Origin: Candidatus Eiseniibacteriota bacterium
GTDB taxonomy: Bacteria; Eisenbacteria; RBG-16-71-46; DASYSL01
Direction: 5' to 3'
NCBI GenBank assembly: GCA_031431875.1
Contig: JANPEF010000153.1
Span: 45,891 to 109,890, forward strand
DNA length: 64,000 nt
Position numbers and translations under genes: made by a program. Positions 58,646 to 64,000 of this stretch are shown in pieces (the first letter of the stretch is position 1; every line of letters begins with the position of its first letter). The notes under the pieces were generated by a model. That model was not told where the DNA came from. It saw nothing but the letters and a program-made list of their open reading frames with translations, and did no database searches.

Positions 58646-60223
58646 ATGGCGCGCCGCGTGCTGTTCGACGACGCCGCGCGCGCCGCGCTCGCCCGCGGCG
58701 TCGAAAAACTTGCCACCGCCGTCGCGGTGACGCTGGGGCCGTCGGGTCGCAACGTCGTCCTTGCCCGGCCTGACGGCTCGATCACGATCACCAACGACGG
58801 CGCGACGGTCGCCCGCGAGATCGAGCTGCCCGATCGCTTCGAGAACCTCGGCGCGCTCCTCGTGCGCGAGGCCGCCGAGAAGACCGGGCAGGACGTCGGC
58901 GACGGCACGACGACCTCGGTCGTTCTCGCCCACGCGCTGTTCCAGCGCCTCGCCGCCGCCGTCAACGCAGGCTCCGCACCGAATGCCGTGCGCCGCGGGC
59001 TCGACCGCGCGGTGCTGGCCGCCGTCGACTCGCTGCGCGGCCAATCCCGCCCGTTACTCGAGGAAGCCGACCGTGCCGCCATCGCCGCCGTAGCGGCGGG
59101 GGGCGACGCCGTGCTGGGACACCTCGTGGCCGAGGCTCTGGCCAGGGTCGGGCCCGGTGGCACTGTCCTGGTGGAAGAGGGACATGGCACCGTGTCGCGC
59201 GTGCGCTTCACCGAGGGCCTGCGCTTCGAGCGCGGCTGGGTGTCTGCGTACTTCGTCACCGCGGCCGAAGAAATGCGAGTCGACCTCGAGCGCCCGCTCG
59301 TGCTGCTCGCCCGCGCCCGCCTCACCGCGGCAGCGCAGGTGCTGCCCGCCGTCGAGCGGGCAGTCGCCGCGCATCGCCCGCTGCTCGTGATCGCCGACGC
59401 GATCGAGGGCGAGGCGCTGGCGCTGCTCGTCGTCAACCAGCTGCGCGGCGGCGTCCGCGCCTGCGCGGTTCCCACGCCCGACAGCGGCGACCGTCGCGAC
59501 GCCTGGCTCGCCGATCTTGCGGCGATCACCGGCGCGCGCATCCTCGGCGACGAGGCCGGGCTCGATCCCGCACACCTTCCCGCCGACGCGCTGGGCGAGG
59601 CACGCCGCGTGCATGTCGAGCGCGCGATGACCACGCTGTTGGAGGCGCCAGGCCGTCGTGCCGCCGTGCTCGACCATGTCGCCGCGCTGCGCCGCGCCGA
59701 GGCGACCGCGCACGGGCGCTTCGATCGCGAGCGCATGGCCGAGCGCGTCGGGCGCCTCGACGGCGGCCTCGCCGCGATCGAGATCGGCGCGGCGAGCGAT
59801 CTCGAGCTGCACGCGAAGAGCGGTCGCGCCGAGGATGCCCTCAGCGCGCTGCGTGCCGCGCTCGCCGAGGGCATCGTGCCCGGCGGGGGCACGGCCTACG
59901 TGCGCGCCGTCGCCGCAGTCGAGGAGCATGCGCTGACCAGTGTGACGGGCGACGCGCGCTCGGGCGTGCGCGCGGTGATGGGCGCGCTGGTCGAGCCGAC
60001 GCGCCGTATCGCCGAGAACTCCGGCGCCCCGGGCGGGCCGGTGGTGGAGCACGTCCGCGCCGGCAGCGGGACGTTGGGCTACGACGCGGTGCTCGGCCGG
60101 CACACCGACCTGGTGCGGGCGGGGATCGTCGATCCGGTCCGCGTCCTGCGGGTTGCGCTCCAGAATGCGGCCTCCGTGGCGGGCCTTCTGCTCACCGCGG
60201 ACGCCCTGGTCGTGGAGGACTGA
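58646..60223 (+). CDS. groEL: Divergent chaperonin GroEL paralogue
   Basis: TLGPSGRNV, ITNDG, GDGTTT, EDAL, GIVPGGG, GIVDP; no GGM tail; no groES adjacent. Confidence 0.85.
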   Translation: MARRVLFDDAARAALARGVEKLATAVAVTLGPSGRNVVLARPDGSITITNDGATVAREIELPDRFENLGALLVREAAEKTGQDVGDGTTTSVVLAHALFQRLAAAVNAGSAPNAVRRGLDRAVLAAVDSLRGQSRPLLEEADRAAIAAVAAGGDAVLGHLVAEALARVGPGGTVLVEEGHGTVSRVRFTEGLRFERGWVSAYFVTAAEEMRVDLERPLVLLARARLTAAAQVLPAVERAVAAHRPLLVIADAIEGEALALLVVNQLRGGVRACAVPTPDSGDRRDAWLADLAAITGARILGDEAGLDPAHLPADALGEARRVHVERAMTTLLEAPGRRAAVLDHVAALRRAEATAHGRFDRERMAERVGRLDGGLAAIEIGAASDLELHAKSGRAEDALSALRAALAEGIVPGGGTAYVRAVAAVEEHALTSVTGDARSGVRAVMGALVEPTRRIAENSGAPGGPVVEHVRAGSGTLGYDAVLGRHTDLVRAGIVDPVRVLRVALQNAASVAGLLLTADALVVED

Positions 60224-60354
60224 CGCCGCCAAGTGCGCTCCGAATCGACGCTTCCCAAAGCCGGACGGATTCGTTAGGGTACCCGCTCGTGCCCCCGTGA
60301 CCGGGTGGCCACCCCATCCGCGTCGTTCTCTCCGGGAACCCAGGGTCCTTGCTC

Positions 60355-61134
60355 ATGAATCGGAAGATCGAGCTTCGTCCGTCGGTCCGTCGCCTCGCCG
60401 CCCTGCTCGGTGGCACCCTCGTGCTCGCCGCGACCGGATGCGTCTCCTACCGCGCCCACATCAACGTGTTGCCCGACGGCAAGCTCGAAGTCGAGGAGCG
60501 GGCCGAGCTGCTTCCCGGCATTGTCGATTCCGTGCACCTCGATCCCAAGCTTGCGTGGACCGCATTCGAGGCCACGACGCAGGCGCGCGGCGGCACGTTC
60601 GCCAAGGATCGCCCCGACTCGCTCACGGGCGCGACCGCGAAGTATCCGCTCGACGAATGGTCCGAGCTCGGCATTCGCGGCCAGGCGTTCAAGGGTTACG
60701 ACGAAATCGAGCGCCGTACGCGCCCGGCGAACGTCCAGTCCGAGGTCACGGACCAGTACTTCTTCACGCGGACGACCCTCACCTACAAGCTCGAGCTGAC
60801 CGAGCCCTCGGGGGCCACGGTCGACTCGACGCTGCTGGCGATGGTGCCCACGGCGAAGGGCGAGCTCGTGATGACCGTTCCCGGCTCCATCCTCAAGACC
60901 AACGCGCCGACGAAGAATGGCAACACGCTCACCTGGCCACTGGCCTACGGCCAGGAGATCGAGGCCGAGGTGAGCTACCAGCAGATCCAGTGGGTGGCGA
61001 TCGTGTCGGTGATCCTGGTCGTGATCTTCCTCGGATACCTGCTGCTCAGCGGCATGCGCGCGATGCAGTCGCGCAAGAAGGCCGCTCCGCCGGCCGCTCC
61101 GCCGGCCGCCAAACCCGCCGCGAAGTCGGCCTGA
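60355..61134 (+). CDS. LppM/DUF3153-like lipoprotein with C-terminal TM
   Basis: Lipobox LAATGC; VTVPGSILKTNA..GNTLTW; C-terminal hydrophobic helix. Confidence 0.65.
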   Translation: MNRKIELRPSVRRLAALLGGTLVLAATGCVSYRAHINVLPDGKLEVEERAELLPGIVDSVHLDPKLAWTAFEATTQARGGTFAKDRPDSLTGATAKYPLDEWSELGIRGQAFKGYDEIERRTRPANVQSEVTDQYFFTRTTLTYKLELTEPSGATVDSTLLAMVPTAKGELVMTVPGSILKTNAPTKNGNTLTWPLAYGQEIEAEVSYQQIQWVAIVSVILVVIFLGYLLLSGMRAMQSRKKAAPPAAPPAAKPAAKSA

Positions 61135-61150
61135 TCCGACCCGAGGGGTC

Positions 61151-62257
61151 GTGACCACACAGCGTCCGCCCGATCTCGTCGCGCTCACCTCGCGGCTCGT
61201 CGACATCCCCAGCGTGTCGGGCGACGAGGGCGCGCTCGCCGATTACATCGTCAACGAGTTGCGACCGCAGTGCCCGCCGTGCGAGATCTCGCGCCGCGGG
61301 CACAACGTCGTCCTGCGCGGCCCGCAGCGGCCCGAGCGGCCGTCGATCATCCTGGCGGGACATCTCGACACCGTGCCGCCGGCCGGCAACGAGAAGGCCC
61401 GCCTGCGCGACGATCGCCTGTACGGCCTCGGCACGTCCGACATGAAGTCGGGCCTCGCCGTCATGATCGCGCTGGCGAAGACCGTCGACTGGCTCCAGGC
61501 CCGCGCCAACCTCACGTTCGTGTTCTACGAATGCGAGGAGGTCTCGCTCGAGCGCAACGGCCTGCGCAAGCTGTTCCCCGAGATGCCCGCGCTGGCCGCC
61601 GCCGACCTCGCCATCCTGCTCGAGCCCACCGACGCGACGGTCGAGCTGGGCTGCCTCGGCACGCTCAACGCGAAGATCACCGCGCGCGGCCGTGCCGCGC
61701 ACTCGGCGCGCCCGTGGCTCGGCGAGAACGCGATCCTGAAAGCCGTGCCGTTCCTCGCCCGCTTTGCCGCGCTCGTGCCGCGGCCGGTCACGGTGGGGGG
61801 CGTCGAGTTTCTCGAGACCTTCCAGATCACGACCGCTGAGGGCGGCCGCGCGCGCAACGTCATCCCGGATGCATTTGCCATGAACGTGAACTTCCGCTAC
61901 GCGCCGACGCGCACGCCCGCCGAGGCCGTCGCCGAGCTGCGCGGCATGGTGCCCGAGGGGTTCGACTTCGACCTCGTCGACGCCGCGCCCCCGGGAGTCG
62001 TGCGCAGCGATCACCCGCTGATCGAGGACCTGCTCGGACGCTTCGCCCTGACGCGCCGCGGCAAGCAGGCGTGGACCGACGTGGCGCAGTTTTCGGAGCG
62101 CGGTGTTGCGGCAGTGAACTTCGGTCCTGGCGTGCCCGAGCAGGCGCACCAGGCCGAGGAGTTCGTGCCCGTCGCGAACCTTTCCCGTGCATACGGGGTG
62201 CTTTTCGATTTCGTCTCGCTCGCCCCCGCGGCCCAGGCCGAGCGCGAACCCGCATGA
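61151..62257 (+). CDS. dapE: Succinyl-diaminopimelate desuccinylase
   Basis: AGHLDTVP, GLGTSDMKSG, CEEV, AAHSARPWLGENAI, AWTDVA, NFGPG...AH. Confidence 0.9.
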   Translation: MTTQRPPDLVALTSRLVDIPSVSGDEGALADYIVNELRPQCPPCEISRRGHNVVLRGPQRPERPSIILAGHLDTVPPAGNEKARLRDDRLYGLGTSDMKSGLAVMIALAKTVDWLQARANLTFVFYECEEVSLERNGLRKLFPEMPALAAADLAILLEPTDATVELGCLGTLNAKITARGRAAHSARPWLGENAILKAVPFLARFAALVPRPVTVGGVEFLETFQITTAEGGRARNVIPDAFAMNVNFRYAPTRTPAEAVAELRGMVPEGFDFDLVDAAPPGVVRSDHPLIEDLLGRFALTRRGKQAWTDVAQFSERGVAAVNFGPGVPEQAHQAEEFVPVANLSRAYGVLFDFVSLAPAAQAEREPA

Positions 62258-63444
62258 ACGACGCGGGCCGGCCGGCCAACCCGGTCCTCGCACGCTTCGC
62301 CACCTATCCCTTCCTCGAACTCGAACGCCAGAAGGCCGCGGCCCGCGCGCGCGGCGTCGACGTCATCGACCTCTCGATCGGCGATCCGCGCGAGGTGACG
62401 CCCGAGTTCATCGTCGAGGCTCTCAGGAGCGCTGTGCCGGCGCGATCCGGATATCCGACGGTGGCGGGGCCTTTGACTCTGCGGCGCGCGATGGCTTCGT
62501 GGATCGCCCGGCGGTTCGGGGCTGCGCTCGATCCGGAAACCCAGATCTTCCCCGCCAACGGCTCGAAGGAAGCCGTGTTCAACGTGCACCTGGCGCTGGT
62601 CGATCCGACCGGGCCCAGGCGGCGCGTCGTGTTCGGTGCGCCGGCGTACCCGGTGTACGAGCGCGGGGCGGCTCTGGCGGGGGGCGTGCCGACGGTCTTG
62701 CCCCTGGAAGAGTCGCGCGGGTACTTGCCGGATCTTGCGGCGGTGCCGGCGTCTGTCTGGCAAGAGACCGCGATCCTGTGGCTCAACTACCCGCACAACC
62801 CGACTGGAGCGCTCGCTTCGCTCGCGCTGTATGAACAAGCGCTCGAGCTTGCTTCGCGACATGGCTTCTGTGTCGCGAGCGACGAGGCGTACTCGGAGCT
62901 CTGGTTCGGCGCCGCGCCGCCCGTGTCGCTCCTGTCCGTCGGCACCGACCGCGCGCTCGTGTTCCAGACCCTCTCCAAGCGTTCGGCCATGACCGGGTTT
63001 CGTTCGGGCTTCGTGGCGGGGGACCCGCAGCTGATCGCGACGTTCCGCGCGCTGCGCCCGAGCCTGGGCGTGGCCACGCCCGATTTCGTGCAGGCTGCCG
63101 CCGAGGTGGCGTGGAACGACGAGGCGCACGTTCTGGCGCTTCGCGCCGGCTTCGCTGCGCGGCGCGCGGAAGCGCTCGCGTTCTTCGCCGGCGCGCCATC
63201 GCGAGCCGGCTACCGCGTGGTGCCGAACGAGACGACGTTTTACCTGTGGGTGGCGGTGCCGGTGGGCGTCTCGTCGTCGGTGGTGGCGACACGCTGGCTC
63301 GCCGAGGCCGGCGTCGCGGTCGTGCCCGGGGAGGCCATGGGGGACGCGGGCGCGGGATTCGTGCGCATTGCGCTCGTGCCGCCGATCGAGGATTGTCGCC
63401 GGGCGTGGGAGAGGCTGGCGCACTGGATGGGAGAGCAACAATGA
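62254..63444 (+). CDS. dapC: Succinyldiaminopimelate aminotransferase
   Basis: NGSKEAVF, LNYPHNPTG, SDEAY, SLSKRS-like TLSKRSAMTGFRSG; between dapE and dapD. Confidence 0.85.
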   Translation: MNDAGRPANPVLARFATYPFLELERQKAAARARGVDVIDLSIGDPREVTPEFIVEALRSAVPARSGYPTVAGPLTLRRAMASWIARRFGAALDPETQIFPANGSKEAVFNVHLALVDPTGPRRRVVFGAPAYPVYERGAALAGGVPTVLPLEESRGYLPDLAAVPASVWQETAILWLNYPHNPTGALASLALYEQALELASRHGFCVASDEAYSELWFGAAPPVSLLSVGTDRALVFQTLSKRSAMTGFRSGFVAGDPQLIATFRALRPSLGVATPDFVQAAAEVAWNDEAHVLALRAGFAARRAEALAFFAGAPSRAGYRVVPNETTFYLWVAVPVGVSSSVVATRWLAEAGVAVVPGEAMGDAGAGFVRIALVPPIEDCRRAWERLAHWMGEQQ

Positions 63445-64000
63445 CCGAATCAGAGATCGCCGCACTCCAACAAGCCGTCGAGGCCGTGTGGCCTGACTCC
63501 GCCGCGCGCAAGTCGCCGGCCGGCCGCGATGCCGGCCGCGCGGTGCTCGCCGCGCTCGATGCCGGGACGATCCGTGTCGCCGAGCCCGTGCCTGTTGTCG
63601 CGGGGGCTGCGCCCGACGCCCCGTCTGCCTGGATCGTCCATGCCTGGGTCAAGCAGGGGATCCTGCTGTACTTCCAGAACGAAGAGATGACCGAGTCCGA
63701 CATCGGCCCGTTTCACTTCCGGGACAAAGTCCCGATCAAGTCCGACCTCGCGGCCGCCGGCATCCGCGTCGTGCCGCCGGGGGTCGCACGCTACGGCTGC
63801 TTCCTCGAGCCGGGCGTGATCGTGATGCCGGGCTACGTCAACGTCGGCGCGCGCGTCGGCACCGGGTCGATGGTCGACACGTGGGCCACGGTCGGCTCCT
63901 GCGCCCAGGTCGGGCGCGGCGTCCACCTCTCGGGTGGCGTGGGGATCGGCGGCGTGCTCGAGCCGCCGCAGGCGCAGCCCGTCGTGATCGAGGACCACGC
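63441..64000 (+). CDS. dapD: Tetrahydrodipicolinate N-succinyltransferase (runs off window)
   Basis: WVKQGILLYF, DKVP, RVVPPG, MVDTWATVGSCAQVG, HLSGGVGIGGVLEP. Confidence 0.95.
   Translation, partial: MTESEIAALQQAVEAVWPDSAARKSPAGRDAGRAVLAALDAGTIRVAEPVPVVAGAAPDAPSAWIVHAWVKQGILLYFQNEEMTESDIGPFHFRDKVPIKSDLAAAGIRVVPPGVARYGCFLEPGVIVMPGYVNVGARVGTGSMVDTWATVGSCAQVGRGVHLSGGVGIGGVLEPPQAQPVVIEDH

Overview
Very GC-rich (roughly 70%+) bacterial chromosome segment. Gene content (FCB-type secreted proteins with C-terminal sorting domains, DUF6029, Gemmatimonadota-like Ser/Thr kinase) suggests an FCB-related lineage such as Ca. Eisenbacteria, but this is inference. Housekeeping blocks: end of the dcw cluster (murG-murC-ftsQ-ftsA-ftsZ), rpmB, recG, trpA, valS, uvrB-nadC-birA-tatC-coaX, a divergent groEL, and dapE-dapC-dapD. 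No rRNA, tRNA, CRISPR array or mobile element was seen. Most interesting: (1) a three-gene envelope redox operon whose first gene reads through an in-frame TGA in a thioredoxin-type UxxC motif (S-U-P-F-C), followed 11 nt later by a SECIS-like hairpin, i.e. a probable exported selenoprotein with a C-terminal sorting domain; (2) a 12.6-kb island (28.2-40.8 kb) carrying flagellar-type regulators (sigma54 activator and kinase, two sigma54 promoters, FlhG, FliA, FlgM, CsrA, two matching sigma28 promoters) but no flagellar structural gene, flhF or fliW in this window, plus unusual partners (sigma region-4-only protein, HisKA-only protein, degenerate GGDEF, PP2C); (3) within it an unannotated ~200-nt putative sigma28 transcript with CsrA-type GGA hairpins that encodes a 20-aa Trp-rich peptide and ends in an intrinsic terminator.
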